A stretch of 64,000 nt of DNA from Chitinophagaceae bacterium (lineage in GTDB: Bacteria; Bacteroidota; Bacteroidia; Chitinophagales; Chitinophagaceae), in assembly GCA_046596515.1 (NCBI GenBank), contig JBKJMI010000118.1, positions 59,376 through 123,375 of the forward strand. The letters run 5' to 3'. The notes beneath the pieces were generated by a model. It ran no database searches, had not been told where the DNA came from, and saw only the letters and a program-made list of their open reading frames with translations. Both the position numbers and the translations under genes were made by a program. Positions 28,804 through 38,711 of the stretch are shown piece after piece; position 1 is the stretch's first letter; each line of letters begins with the position of its first letter.

Positions 28804-31764
28804 TTATTGAAGATTGAAACCGTAGCTCACGTAGTAAAGTCCACCAACAGATGGGCTACCGTAACCAGTACGATAGTAATTGTTACCCAGGTTAGTTCCA
28901 CCTACACGGAATACGCTTTTTGTTCCTTTAGGACGATAAGTAACCTGACCATCCCACCATCCAAAGTAAGGAAGTGTTCCACTTACGAAAGTTCCTTCGT
29001 AATAGTTATTATCCTGCCATTTGAAAACAACGTTAAAACCAATACCTGTGCTTTTGATATTATCATTACGCAAACCGATGTTGTAACGATATTTTGGTGC
29101 GTTGAAGAAAGTCACTTCTCCTGTTGGAACATTGGTCAGCTTGTCAGAGAATAAGTTTCCATAGAAATAATAATTTTTCAGGAAACGATAATCAAGGCTA
29201 ACTCCCCAACCATCTGCTCTTACTTCTGCTGCGCTATTCTGTACATAAGAAATATTGGTGCTGCTGAAAGCAGAATACAGTTCGTAGTTATTGCCAGTTT
29301 TAGATTGAGCAACCGCAGCGTTTATCAGGAAGTCCTGGTATTTGCTGTAATAATAATAAGCGTCGATCAGTAAACGATCGGCGATAACAGCTTTGTAACC
29401 TACTTCATAGCTATATACTTTTTCAGGAGTTACATTTTTGTAAACCGCTTTTACTAGGCGGCTTGAATCTCCCAGTGTACCACTGCGATAAGCAAGTACG
29501 GAAGCGGCCGTATAACCTGGCAAAGTAGAATTCAATTTATAGTATGACTGGAATTCGGGAAGACAACCCATTAACACACCAGAACCAGTTACTAAACTGA
29601 TATACTGATTTTGGTTGGATGGGAAACGATAAGCAGATTGGTAAGACAAACGGAGGAATTGATTCTTTGCAGTTCTTAAAACACCGGTTACTCTTGGAGT
29701 GAAACGACCATTGAAATTGGTTTGCTTATCAAAACGACCGGAAGCGGTAATAGTAAATCTGTCATCTTTACCGAAAGATTTTTTAGCCTGCAGGTACATG
29801 CCATATTCATTTACACGGATCCTTTGTAATGTATCCGAGAAAATGGTACCCTGAGAATTCATTACCCACTGTTTCCAGCTGGCACCACCTAATATTTCAA
29901 CAAACTTGTTGAAATGAAGCAGCTCAGAAAGATTACCCTGAATCTCTACATTATACAAATCTGATTTGTCAAGGAATAGTGCACCACCCTTACGGATCGG
30001 AGTTTTTTTGATGATAGAAGCTACAGAGTCAAATGACCTTGTACCTGGAATATAACGTCCAATATCAGCAGATGCTCTTGCAGCAGAATGAAGAGTCATA
30101 TCACTTACAACGGATCCGTTCAAACGGCGACCTTCGGAGAAAGTACCAATATAAGTAGGGAACCAAACGCCGCTTGGTTTGTAAGCTTCATTAATGAAAG
30201 CGCCTAGTGCACTTGCATTATAAGCCTCACCTGCATTTTCCTGCGTAGTATACGCTCTGAACATCCAATTCTTTGCTTTTGCTTCGAATTTATGCTGGCC
30301 GATCTTCAGATTACGAAGAGAATAACGGTCAGCACCTGTATAAACAGTAGTACCAGAACCAACATATGTAGCCACGGAAAGCTCCAGGCGATCGCTCACT
30401 TTATAATGAACCGCTGCAGTTCCTTTTACATTGAGTGTATTATAATCAACCAGGTTTTCTTCATTATAACCGGTACGAGATACAGTAGCTTTATTGAAAT
30501 AACCACGGTTCAATCCAATATAAAAAGGCATCATTTGTTGAGCAGCACCCTGTAATGGACCAGGAAGTGCACCAATGAATGCACCGATTTGCGCATTTGT
30601 TGGATATGGATTCAATCCTATCGCGCCAGGGAAGGAAGGGTTACCAGGAACACCAAAATAAGCGTTTGCTGCATTTACCACATCAAGCAATCCACCAGTT
30701 GCAGCTAATATACCTCTGCGTGTTTGGTCCTGAACAAAATAAGAGAAACCTGCCATGTCTGCACTGGTCTCATCACCATAAACATTAATACCATTATAAC
30801 CCGGATCGTTCTGGCGATTACCACCAACCACTTTGCTCAACACACCGATCTGTTGTTTATTACGATAATCTTCTGCTTCCCAGTCATTTCCTTTAACCAA
30901 CTGGAATGCTACTTTGAAAGCGAATTTATCTTTGAAAGATTTTGCAAAACGGAAAGCCCAGTCATAATATGGAGAAGCATTGCGTTGCTTACCATCCACA
31001 TGCATAATACCCTGCTTAATATTATAGCTAAGATCTTTATACTTGAAAGGATCTTTTGTTTGAATAAGAACAGTACCGTTCATACCACCAGAACCATAGA
31101 GTGCGGAAGAAGCACCAGAAAGAACCTCTACTGATTCTACATCCAGATCAGAGGGGCCAACTATGTTACCTACAGAGAAATTAAGTCCGGGAGCCTGGTT
31201 ATCCATTCCATCTACCAATTGGTTTAGACGAAGGTTACCACTGCTTACAAAACCACGGGTAGTGATAGTACGGAAGGTTAGACTAGCTGTATGAACATCA
31301 ACCCCTTTAAGGTTACCAAGTGCTTCATAGTAATTTGGCGCTGCCATATTACGAAGTTGCTTTGAGCCAAAACGTTCGACAGTAACACCAGCCTCCAGAT
31401 ATTTCTGAGGTAAACGGTTGGTAGAATAAACTACGACGTTCTCTGTGATCTTATTAGATGCTTTAATAGTGATGTCTACTGTCTTAGAGGCATCTGTAAC
31501 AGTGATCTCCTTGCTTTCGAACTCTGCAGAACTGATTATCAGTACCACAGGAAGTTTTTTCACCTTAATGGTGAAAGCTCCATCCGAATTGGTATAGGTG
31601 TTTTGGTCTGAACCTTTTACCGTGACGGTTGCTGAAGCGACACTTTCTTTTGAGGTTTCATCTTTAATGGTGCCGGAGATTGTCACAGATGTCTGGCTGT
31701 TCGCGGTGACCGTGAAAAGGCAAGCCATTAACCATGCAGCTAAAAAGCGGTAGCTTTTTCTCAT
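28804..31764 (-). CDS. TonB-dependent receptor (986 aa), no SusD partner
   Basis: Signal peptide, carboxypeptidase-regulatory-like N domain, plug (NQLVDGMDN, VEVLSGASSALYGSGGMNG), terminal YYVSYGFNLQ. Confidence 0.93.
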   Translation of the reverse strand: MRKSYRFLAAWLMACLFTVTANSQTSVTISGTIKDETSKESVASATVTVKGSDQNTYTNSDGAFTIKVKKLPVVLIISSAEFESKEITVTDASKTVDITIKASNKITENVVVYSTNRLPQKYLEAGVTVERFGSKQLRNMAAPNYYEALGNLKGVDVHTASLTFRTITTRGFVSSGNLRLNQLVDGMDNQAPGLNFSVGNIVGPSDLDVESVEVLSGASSALYGSGGMNGTVLIQTKDPFKYKDLSYNIKQGIMHVDGKQRNASPYYDWAFRFAKSFKDKFAFKVAFQLVKGNDWEAEDYRNKQQIGVLSKVVGGNRQNDPGYNGINVYGDETSADMAGFSYFVQDQTRRGILAATGGLLDVVNAANAYFGVPGNPSFPGAIGLNPYPTNAQIGAFIGALPGPLQGAAQQMMPFYIGLNRGYFNKATVSRTGYNEENLVDYNTLNVKGTAAVHYKVSDRLELSVATYVGSGTTVYTGADRYSLRNLKIGQHKFEAKAKNWMFRAYTTQENAGEAYNASALGAFINEAYKPSGVWFPTYIGTFSEGRRLNGSVVSDMTLHSAARASADIGRYIPGTRSFDSVASIIKKTPIRKGGALFLDKSDLYNVEIQGNLSELLHFNKFVEILGGASWKQWVMNSQGTIFSDTLQRIRVNEYGMYLQAKKSFGKDDRFTITASGRFDKQTNFNGRFTPRVTGVLRTAKNQFLRLSYQSAYRFPSNQNQYISLVTGSGVLMGCLPEFQSYYKLNSTLPGYTAASVLAYRSGTLGDSSRLVKAVYKNVTPEKVYSYEVGYKAVIADRLLIDAYYYYSKYQDFLINAAVAQSKTGNNYELYSAFSSTNISYVQNSAAEVRADGWGVSLDYRFLKNYYFYGNLFSDKLTNVPTGEVTFFNAPKYRYNIGLRNDNIKSTGIGFNVVFKWQDNNYYEGTFVSGTLPYFGWWDGQVTYRPKGTKSVFRVGGTNLGNNYYRTGYGSPSVGGLYYVSYGFNLQ

Positions 31765-31938
31765 AAATAGTGAGTTTTTAGTTTTGTTGCCCCCGTTCGA
31801 AAAGGGGGTTAATCGAGCGGAAAAGTATGAATTGTAAAGTTTATCTAAAAATTTAATTTTTAAGGCGAAAGGGATAAAATGTTGAAATCTTGGGCGGCCG
31901 TTTATTGGCCGATTTTTGGACCCTCACTACATTCGATT

Positions 31939-32862
31939 ATGACCCAACTGACACTACCCCATCAAAACGCATTTTATCGGGGTAAAGTCCGGGATGTTTA
32001 CACCATCGCCTACCGGCTTTTGGTAATGGTCGCAAGCGACCGTATCTCGGCTTTTGATGTGATCCTCCCTCGCCCGATTCCCGGAAAAGGACAGGTTTTA
32101 AACCAAATTGCGGCTTTTATGCTATCCCAAACCCGGGATATCTGCCCAAACTGGCTACTGGATAGCCCGGCGCCAAATGTCTCAGTCGGACATAAATGTG
32201 TCCCTTTTCGCATAGAAATGGTGGTGAGAGGCAACCTGGTGGGCCATGCCTGGCGAACCTATAAAGCTGGAAATAAGCAGCTTTGCGGAGCTCTGATGGC
32301 CGAAGGATTAAGGGAAAATGATTTTTTTCCCAAGCCCATTATTACCCCGTCTACCAAGGCGGAAGCCGGTCATGATGAGGATATTAGCCCGGAAGAGATC
32401 ATCCGAACAGGAGTTTGCAACGCAGAAGAATGGGGAAAATTAGCTTCTTATTCATTGGCCCTTTTTCAACGAGGTAAAGAAATAGCTGCAAAAAGCGGAC
32501 TGATCCTCGCAGATACGAAATACGAATTCGGAAAACTAAATGGTGAAATTGTACTGATGGATGAGATCCATACTCCCGACAGTTCCCGATATTTTTATGC
32601 GGAAGGTTTTGAAGAAAGACAGATCAACAGCGAAAGACAAAAGCAACTTTCTAAAGAATTTGTCAGGGAGTGGTTGATTGAAAATGATTTTATGGGTAAC
32701 CCAGGACAAACCGTTCCAGAAATGACTGATGAATGGATCGGTACGATCAGTAAGAGATATATTGAACTTTTTGAAGTAGTGACAGGTCAGTCATTTAAAA
32801 AAGAAGATCTAAGCGAAGAAGAAACCAGGCAAAGGATCATTTCATCACTTGAAAAATTTTAA
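31939..32862 (+). CDS. purC: SAICAR synthetase
   Basis: [66 protein letters not shown]; likely ATG at 31939. Confidence 0.96.
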   Translation: MTQLTLPHQNAFYRGKVRDVYTIAYRLLVMVASDRISAFDVILPRPIPGKGQVLNQIAAFMLSQTRDICPNWLLDSPAPNVSVGHKCVPFRIEMVVRGNLVGHAWRTYKAGNKQLCGALMAEGLRENDFFPKPIITPSTKAEAGHDEDISPEEIIRTGVCNAEEWGKLASYSLALFQRGKEIAAKSGLILADTKYEFGKLNGEIVLMDEIHTPDSSRYFYAEGFEERQINSERQKQLSKEFVREWLIENDFMGNPGQTVPEMTDEWIGTISKRYIELFEVVTGQSFKKEDLSEEETRQRIISSLEKF

Positions 32863-32863
32863 A

Positions 32864-32891
32864 TAAAAAAAAGCCGGCTCTTGCCGGCTTT
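32864..32891. terminator. Bidirectional terminator between purC and the lipoprotein gene
   Basis: A run, AAAGCCGGC-TCTT-GCCGGCTTT. Confidence 0.85.
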
Positions 32892-32905
32892 ATAATTTGG
32901 ATGAT

Positions 32906-33328
32906 TTATTTTGTATCTACTTTTATTTGCGTAGCTGTTTTAAATTCCCTTTTCGCATTCTTTCCAACTGGGCAATAATAATCAAGTGCATCCTGGGCTT
33001 CGGTATAAGTAAGCCAGTAATCAGTTACACTACCAGTGAAGACCCGGTCAGTTGAATAGTTGTAGAAATCCCTGGTACCCCTGGAGCTGAAATTTCCGTA
33101 GACCAGTGTTCCTTCAAAAGGCTTGTACCCATTGTAAGATTGTAGGACGTTATAACCATAATTTGTTTCCACTACATAATAATTGCAATAAGAATCGCTG
33201 TATACCACCTCTCCTTTTTCTTTAGAGAGCCAGTAGCTGTTATCGTTTCCTCCGGAATACGTTTTTACGCAGCCGCTGATAAGTACAGCGGCGAAGGCGA
33301 TAACTGAGAGTGTAAATATTCTTTTCAT
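32906..33328 (-). CDS. Tyr-rich hypothetical lipoprotein
   Basis: Lipobox LISG-C; 140 aa. Confidence 0.8.
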   Translation of the reverse strand: MKRIFTLSVIAFAAVLISGCVKTYSGGNDNSYWLSKEKGEVVYSDSYCNYYVVETNYGYNVLQSYNGYKPFEGTLVYGNFSSRGTRDFYNYSTDRVFTGSVTDYWLTYTEAQDALDYYCPVGKNAKREFKTATQIKVDTK

Positions 33329-33390
33329 AAATTTAATTTTTTCCCGGCGGGTAGCCAGTGGTTAAGGAAAGATTGTTTGATCTTACATAT

Positions 33391-33405
33391 TAGAAGACTG
33401 TGCCA
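33391..33405 (-). promoter_or_regulatory. Candidate sigma-54 (-24/-12) promoter
   Basis: TGGCACAGTCTTCTA on the minus strand, 62 nt upstream of the lipoprotein ATG. Confidence 0.3.
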
Positions 33406-33464
33406 AATGTGCAATGGTTAGGCCTTGATTTTGTTAAAATGAATTAAAACCATTTCTTCGATGT

Positions 33465-34562
33465 ATGAAGTACATACTGTTTGCCCTGGGTTCTTTTATT
33501 TTTCTTAACACTACCGCACAAACCAGCTATATGTTAGTTGGCACTTATGATTCTCCATTAAACCAGGGAATCCATGTGTACAGCTATGATGCAAAAACTG
33601 GTAATACGAAAGAGAGATCACATTATAAGATCAGCAATCCTTCTTTTCTTACCGTTTCCCCCGATAAAAAATTTGTGTATGCCGTGGAGGAAGATGCCTC
33701 TTCTAAAGGAAAAACAGGAAATATTTGTTCTTTTTCATTTAACAGAGAAAGAGGTGAACTAACTTTTATCGATAGAAAACCAACAGGCGGAGATCATCCC
33801 TGTCATGTAGAGTGTGATAAAACTGGCAAATGGCTTTTCGTTTCTAATTACAGCAGTGGTTCCCTATCTGTTTTTTCAATAAGTGCCAATGGGAAGCTGG
33901 GCGCTCCTGTATTGATTCAGCATTATGGTAAAGGGCCCGATACTATAAGACAGCGATCGCCACATGTACACGGCGCTTTTATGTCGGCTGATAATAAACG
34001 ACTATTTGTAACTGATCTCGGACTGGATCGCTTATATATTTATCCATTTGATGCGAAGACAGGAAAATTGGGCAGCCCCGATTCTGTTTCCTCCCTGCCC
34101 GGTTCTGGTCCGCGCTCTATTGCCTTTGGAATTAGTTCCAAAACAGCCTACATGATCGAAGAATTGAGTGGAACTGTAACTGGTTTGCGAATGATGGATG
34201 GTAAAGTAAAAAGTTTCCAAAGAATAAGCACCCGAATTGAAGGCGATACCCTCCGCCCTGGCAGTGCCGATATTAAAATAAATGGATTCAATCTTTATGC
34301 TTCCAACCGTGGTGATCTGAATAATATCGCTATTTATAAAATAGATCCACTTTCAGATAGACTGAATCTGGTAGGGCATCAGTCTGCAATGGGTAAAGCA
34401 CCCAGAAACTTCAGCATAGATCCATCCGGAAAATATTTATTCTGTGAAAATCAGAACAGTGATGAGATCGTGATCTTTAAAATCCTTAAAAATGGTCTGC
34501 TGAAAGATTCAGGTCGACGCATCAAACTGGGAAAACCCGTATGTATACAATGGATCCCCTAA
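33465..34562 (+). CDS. Exported lactonase family beta-propeller (6-phosphogluconolactonase-like)
   Basis: LVGTY, NPSFL, GGDHPCH, SNYSSGS, SPHVHG, DLGLD, GSGPRSI, YASNRG, GKAPRNF. Confidence 0.9.
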   Translation: MKYILFALGSFIFLNTTAQTSYMLVGTYDSPLNQGIHVYSYDAKTGNTKERSHYKISNPSFLTVSPDKKFVYAVEEDASSKGKTGNICSFSFNRERGELTFIDRKPTGGDHPCHVECDKTGKWLFVSNYSSGSLSVFSISANGKLGAPVLIQHYGKGPDTIRQRSPHVHGAFMSADNKRLFVTDLGLDRLYIYPFDAKTGKLGSPDSVSSLPGSGPRSIAFGISSKTAYMIEELSGTVTGLRMMDGKVKSFQRISTRIEGDTLRPGSADIKINGFNLYASNRGDLNNIAIYKIDPLSDRLNLVGHQSAMGKAPRNFSIDPSGKYLFCENQNSDEIVIFKILKNGLLKDSGRRIKLGKPVCIQWIP

Positions 34563-35596
34563 GACTTTTTTATCAGATCCAGGAGTCTTTGTTTTGATTT
34601 ATTGAAAACGTTACGGCCTTTATCAATGCCGCTTCGTTTGAGTTTTTGTTCTTCTTCCGGAAGATGAATAAAATCAAGGCATTCCTGGCTGCAGCAGCCT
34701 TCCATTTTTTTATTACACTCCTCACATTGGATAAACAGCAGGTGACAGGCATCGTTAATGCAATTGACATGGGTATCTGCCGGCTTACCACATTGATGGC
34801 AATGTGATATGATCTCTTCAGTCACTCTCTCCCCTAACCTTTGATCAAAAACGAAATTCTTACCATGAAAGCGGTTAGGAAGGCTTTTCTCCCGAACCTG
34901 GTTCACATAATGTATTATACCACCTTCCAGGTGAAAGACATTTTCAAACCCCCTGTGCAGCATATAAGCCGAAGCTTTTTCACATCGAATGCCACCGGTA
35001 CAATACATGATTATATTTTTCTTAGCATGATGTTCCATCATGTTCGCCGCCATAGGTAATTGTTCCCTGAATGTGTCACTCGGAATTTCAATAGCTTTTT
35101 CGAAATGGCCCACTTCAAACTCGTAATGATTTCGCATATCAATTACTATCGTATCCGGATCTTCGGTAAGTGTATTAAATTCTTCTGCATTCACATATCT
35201 ACCTTTTCGGGACATATCAAATCCCGGATCAACAATTCCGTCGGCGACTATATTCTTTCTTACTTTAATATCCAGTACATAGAAGGATTTTCCATCATCA
35301 TCTACCGCTACATTCAAACGCAAGTCTTTCAATTCGGCGTATGAATACAGATAAGCACGCAGCATATCCAAATCGGTCGTAGGTATACTGATCTGGGCAT
35401 TCACTCCTTCTTCCGCCAGATAGATCCGGCCCATTACGCCCAATTGTCCAAGTTCAATAAACCATTTATCCCTTAACGATTTGGGATCTTCTATTTTAAA
35501 ATAACAATAAAATGAAAGGGTGATCCTCTTTGTAGGATCAATCAATATCTTTTCCTTAAGCTCCCTTCGGGAGACACGGTTGTGTAGTGTAGCCAT
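34559..35596 (-). CDS. trhO: tRNA uridine(34) hydroxylase, rhodanese-domain (YceA/UPF0176)
   Basis: LHNRVSRRELK, GRIYLAEEGVNAQ, DMRNHYEFEVGHF, YCTGGIRCEKAS, HLEGGI, FHGKNFVFDQR, Cys-rich tail. Confidence 0.92.
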   Translation of the reverse strand: MATLHNRVSRRELKEKILIDPTKRITLSFYCYFKIEDPKSLRDKWFIELGQLGVMGRIYLAEEGVNAQISIPTTDLDMLRAYLYSYAELKDLRLNVAVDDDGKSFYVLDIKVRKNIVADGIVDPGFDMSRKGRYVNAEEFNTLTEDPDTIVIDMRNHYEFEVGHFEKAIEIPSDTFREQLPMAANMMEHHAKKNIIMYCTGGIRCEKASAYMLHRGFENVFHLEGGIIHYVNQVREKSLPNRFHGKNFVFDQRLGERVTEEIISHCHQCGKPADTHVNCINDACHLLFIQCEECNKKMEGCCSQECLDFIHLPEEEQKLKRSGIDKGRNVFNKSKQRLLDLIKKS

Positions 35597-35657
35597 ATTA
35601 ATAATTTTAATTCCCGGGATGGGAACCCAATTGCAGGTTGGGCAAAATTTAACAAGG

Positions 35658-35665
35658 CAAAGTTA
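35658..35665 (-). promoter_or_regulatory. -7 box TAACTTTG for trhO
   Basis: Exact TAnnTTTG immediately downstream (on the minus strand) of the repeat arm. Confidence 0.6.
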
Positions 35666-35670
35666 AGAAA

Positions 35671-35855
35671 AGTAGGGAGTTATCAGTTAGGAGTTAGGAG
35701 AAGAACTTTTGTTAATTTAAAACCTGGATTTTGAATGGGGAAAATAGGCAATTGGGTTATTGGTTAATGACTACCGGCGGGATATTCAATTTATAATCCT
35801 GAAGAGATTTAATACTCCTAACTACTTACTCCTAACTCCTAACTCCTAACTCAGT
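35671..35855. repeat. Inverted pair of heptamer tandem arrays (AGTTAGG)n / (ACTCCTA)n
   Basis: Left arm 35671-35700, right arm 35814-35855 (6 units), 113-nt spacer. Confidence 0.9.
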
Positions 35856-38330
35856 TTACGGCCAATCATCCCCCCTTACTCTACCAGACCTACTGATCCC
35901 TAAACGAATATTTAATAACCAGGGCCTCCCATTCAGGTAAGATTGAACAAGGTCTATGCGGAACTGCTTGAAAATATTATCAAGTCCACCGAATATCTCA
36001 TAATAATAACGGCTCTTGTTAATATAAAAACCGTTGATCCCTGTTACCAGATAGATCTTGAGTTTACGAATACCCGGAAGTTTGTTCGTAAGAAAACCGT
36101 TGAAATTATGTTCAATATGAGCCAGGGTATAGAAGGAAGAGGTATTGCTGAATTGGTAAATGGGCAAAAGTTGAAAACTATTCAGGTATTCGGTGGCAAG
36201 GGTGGAAACATTTCCATTGAAGTGATTATAATCAGGCAACTGAATACTGTCGATATGTATGAACCCTCCCATGCCTAATCTGAAACGAGTGCGTCCCAAT
36301 AAATGAAAATTCAATCCCCCACTCATATTGAACTTCCATTTGCTATAATCCAGATCAGATCCTAAGAAGTTTGCAAAAGCCTTCGTGTATTGAATACTGA
36401 ACACCGGATATTTGGATCCAAGGCTGGAACGACGTTCCGGTAGCTGAATATAACGAACGCCAGGCTGCCATCTTAGACTCAATTGTGTAAAAAATACCTG
36501 GTGCGATGGAATATTTACAGACACTAACTCAGATGGATAATTTGGTTTATACTCTCTGCTAGCCCGGTCGCGGAGTGTAAAATTGGTAGTATTTTCCAAA
36601 GCTCTCCGGTCCTGGTATTGAAATCCAGCTGTTATCTGAAAGCCTTCATCAAATGTTTTTCTGAAACTTCCGCGGAAATAATTGGCCTCATAAGATCGAA
36701 TGCGGTTATTCTCTCCAAACAAACAAGAGACCGTATTTCCCCTTTCACCAATCGGACTATTATTATTAAACTGAAAGACCCTGCTTCCCCCGGACAGCAA
36801 AAAATGAGTAGCGAATTTTTTCCCTGTATGATAATTTATGGTAAGCCAGCTATTGAAATGCCCATTGGAAAACCCATAACGAAGATTTGAGGTTACGCTT
36901 AAATTCCTTCGGGAGCTGGCCACAGAATCCAATCTCTTCGACCAGCTAAGGGAAGGGCCAAGAACCCAACCTTCTGCAGGATTAAAATTTACCTGATCAA
37001 TAATTGGTGGAAAAGAAATGGATGATCTGGATCTGCTATTTGAAAATGATTTACCAGAGATCATTAAACCTGTAACAGATGTTTTGTTTCGTTTCTTATC
37101 AAGCGAATCCAGGTATCGTGGATCCTTTCTTCTCAGTTCAAGGCTGTCTTTTTTCGCGTAATCTTTTCTTTCCTCCTCCATCAGTGGCATGGGACGATTT
37201 TCTTCCCAGTATTGATCATTTCGCTTATTAGCGCTATCGATATAACGGAGTAAGATATTAGTGAATGTCTTTTTTGTGAATGAGGCTGGCAGATCAAGAT
37301 CGGTGTAAACATTTAAGAAGGATCCATACCCGTCAAAACCAAAGAATTTCGCCGCAGGATAAATAACCTGAGTGGAAAGAAACCAGGTGTCATTGTCTAC
37401 CGGACGGTATAACTGTTCTATGCGAAGGGTGTCCAGCAATTCCATAGAAGATGCTTTGAACAGACTTAACTTAAGTGAATGAATTCGCCAGTCAAGATCA
37501 ACAATATCAATATAGCCACTGAATAAGGGTTCAAATTTCCTTTTTGGAATGACTAGAATATGATCGATCATTTTTCCATCTTCGAAATAAGTGCCTTCCA
37601 GTTTATATCGGTAAAAATTAAGCGCCTTATCACTAATAGGAGAAATGAATCCCCGGGGATTAATAGTGGAGCCGAAATTGATATTCTCTTTATAAAACGA
37701 AAAGATCTTTGGTGCGGCCAATCCAAACCCATCCGATTGTCCGCTTACTTTAGATGAGATCACTTCAACTTTCTCCTTCCCTTTTTCATAACTATAATTT
37801 GAAAAGGTCTCAGAGAGGAACACGATCTTTTTCTTGCTGGTATCGCCATCCTCAAAATCAATTTTTTGTCCAAAGAATTTCTTAGGAAAATCCCTTAAGC
37901 GAAGCTGGCCCTTGGTATATACGCGGCAACTAAATCGTTCGATCTGCTGGTCGTAAAAAATTCTTTTCTTAATCGTATTTCTTATAATGGCATAAGCAGG
38001 ATCTTCCCCGTTCTTTACAATGACCTCTGCCATTACTTTATCCTGTGGAACCAGGATAATATCCAGCCTCCTATTCCCATTGACAACAATATCCTCTTCC
38101 TTTTTTTTATAGCCAACATACTGGCAAACGATGGTATACCGGCCCTTCGACTCAAGTTTTAATTCATATACACCTTCCAGATTGGCAGTAACGCCGGATT
38201 TACTTCCTTTCACATATACAAAAGCATAGGGAAGCGTTTGTCCACTGCTATCCGTTACTTTCCCCACAAGGGTTTGTGCTCCTGAAACCAGGCTGCATAA
38301 AAACAGGAACAGGAAGAAAGGGTACTTCAT
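35856..38330 (-). CDS. Carboxypeptidase-regulatory-like domain + DUF5686-type outer-membrane protein
   Basis: Signal peptide, GKVTDSSGQTLPYAFV, AYAIIRNTIKKR, FISPISDKALNFYRYKL, FNPAEGW, FRIDLV. Confidence 0.8.
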   Translation of the reverse strand: MKYPFFLFLFLCSLVSGAQTLVGKVTDSSGQTLPYAFVYVKGSKSGVTANLEGVYELKLESKGRYTIVCQYVGYKKKEEDIVVNGNRRLDIILVPQDKVMAEVIVKNGEDPAYAIIRNTIKKRIFYDQQIERFSCRVYTKGQLRLRDFPKKFFGQKIDFEDGDTSKKKIVFLSETFSNYSYEKGKEKVEVISSKVSGQSDGFGLAAPKIFSFYKENINFGSTINPRGFISPISDKALNFYRYKLEGTYFEDGKMIDHILVIPKRKFEPLFSGYIDIVDLDWRIHSLKLSLFKASSMELLDTLRIEQLYRPVDNDTWFLSTQVIYPAAKFFGFDGYGSFLNVYTDLDLPASFTKKTFTNILLRYIDSANKRNDQYWEENRPMPLMEEERKDYAKKDSLELRRKDPRYLDSLDKKRNKTSVTGLMISGKSFSNSRSRSSISFPPIIDQVNFNPAEGWVLGPSLSWSKRLDSVASSRRNLSVTSNLRYGFSNGHFNSWLTINYHTGKKFATHFLLSGGSRVFQFNNNSPIGERGNTVSCLFGENNRIRSYEANYFRGSFRKTFDEGFQITAGFQYQDRRALENTTNFTLRDRASREYKPNYPSELVSVNIPSHQVFFTQLSLRWQPGVRYIQLPERRSSLGSKYPVFSIQYTKAFANFLGSDLDYSKWKFNMSGGLNFHLLGRTRFRLGMGGFIHIDSIQLPDYNHFNGNVSTLATEYLNSFQLLPIYQFSNTSSFYTLAHIEHNFNGFLTNKLPGIRKLKIYLVTGINGFYINKSRYYYEIFGGLDNIFKQFRIDLVQSYLNGRPWLLNIRLGISRSGRVRGDDWP

Positions 38331-38348
38331 TTAATAAATTATGGAAAC

Positions 38349-38696
38349 TTATTTGCCGGAAAGACGCAAAAAACTTCCGCTCAGCGCGGCAAAACCACCT
38401 ACCATACTACCTACTAATCCGGTAACCAGGATAAGTAATATTCTCGATCCTCCCAATGGAAGAAGATGGGACATTCTTGTTGCCAAAATGCCATTGTTCT
38501 TCATATCGATCCACCAGGCCAGGCCTACCCACAAAATAAGCACACCTAATAGTCCGGCAAGAAATGCTTTGCCCGGACGCTGGGGAATAAGTAAGGCTAC
38601 TATAAATGCTGCAATGGCAATTCCATACCATGGCAAATAAATTCCGGATATATATGACAGTGCAGCTGTCAGTAATAATGCAATAAAGAATTTCAT
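38349..38696 (-). CDS. Small 4-TM hypothetical membrane protein
   Basis: 115 aa hydrophobic; PWYGIAI, AFLAG, VGGFAALSG; 15 nt downstream of the acylase stop. Confidence 0.75.
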   Translation of the reverse strand: MKFFIALLLTAALSYISGIYLPWYGIAIAAFIVALLIPQRPGKAFLAGLLGVLILWVGLAWWIDMKNNGILATRMSHLLPLGGSRILLILVTGLVGSMVGGFAALSGSFLRLSGK

Positions 38697-38711
38697 TTTA
38701 GAATATTTTTA

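Noticed and set aside
31765-31938. Riboswitch (e.g. cobalamin or TPP) ahead of the orphan TonB-dependent receptor
   Set aside because: The 174-nt region is shared with the purC promoter, has only one weak hairpin (CCCC..GGGG) and lacks the conserved aptamer motifs
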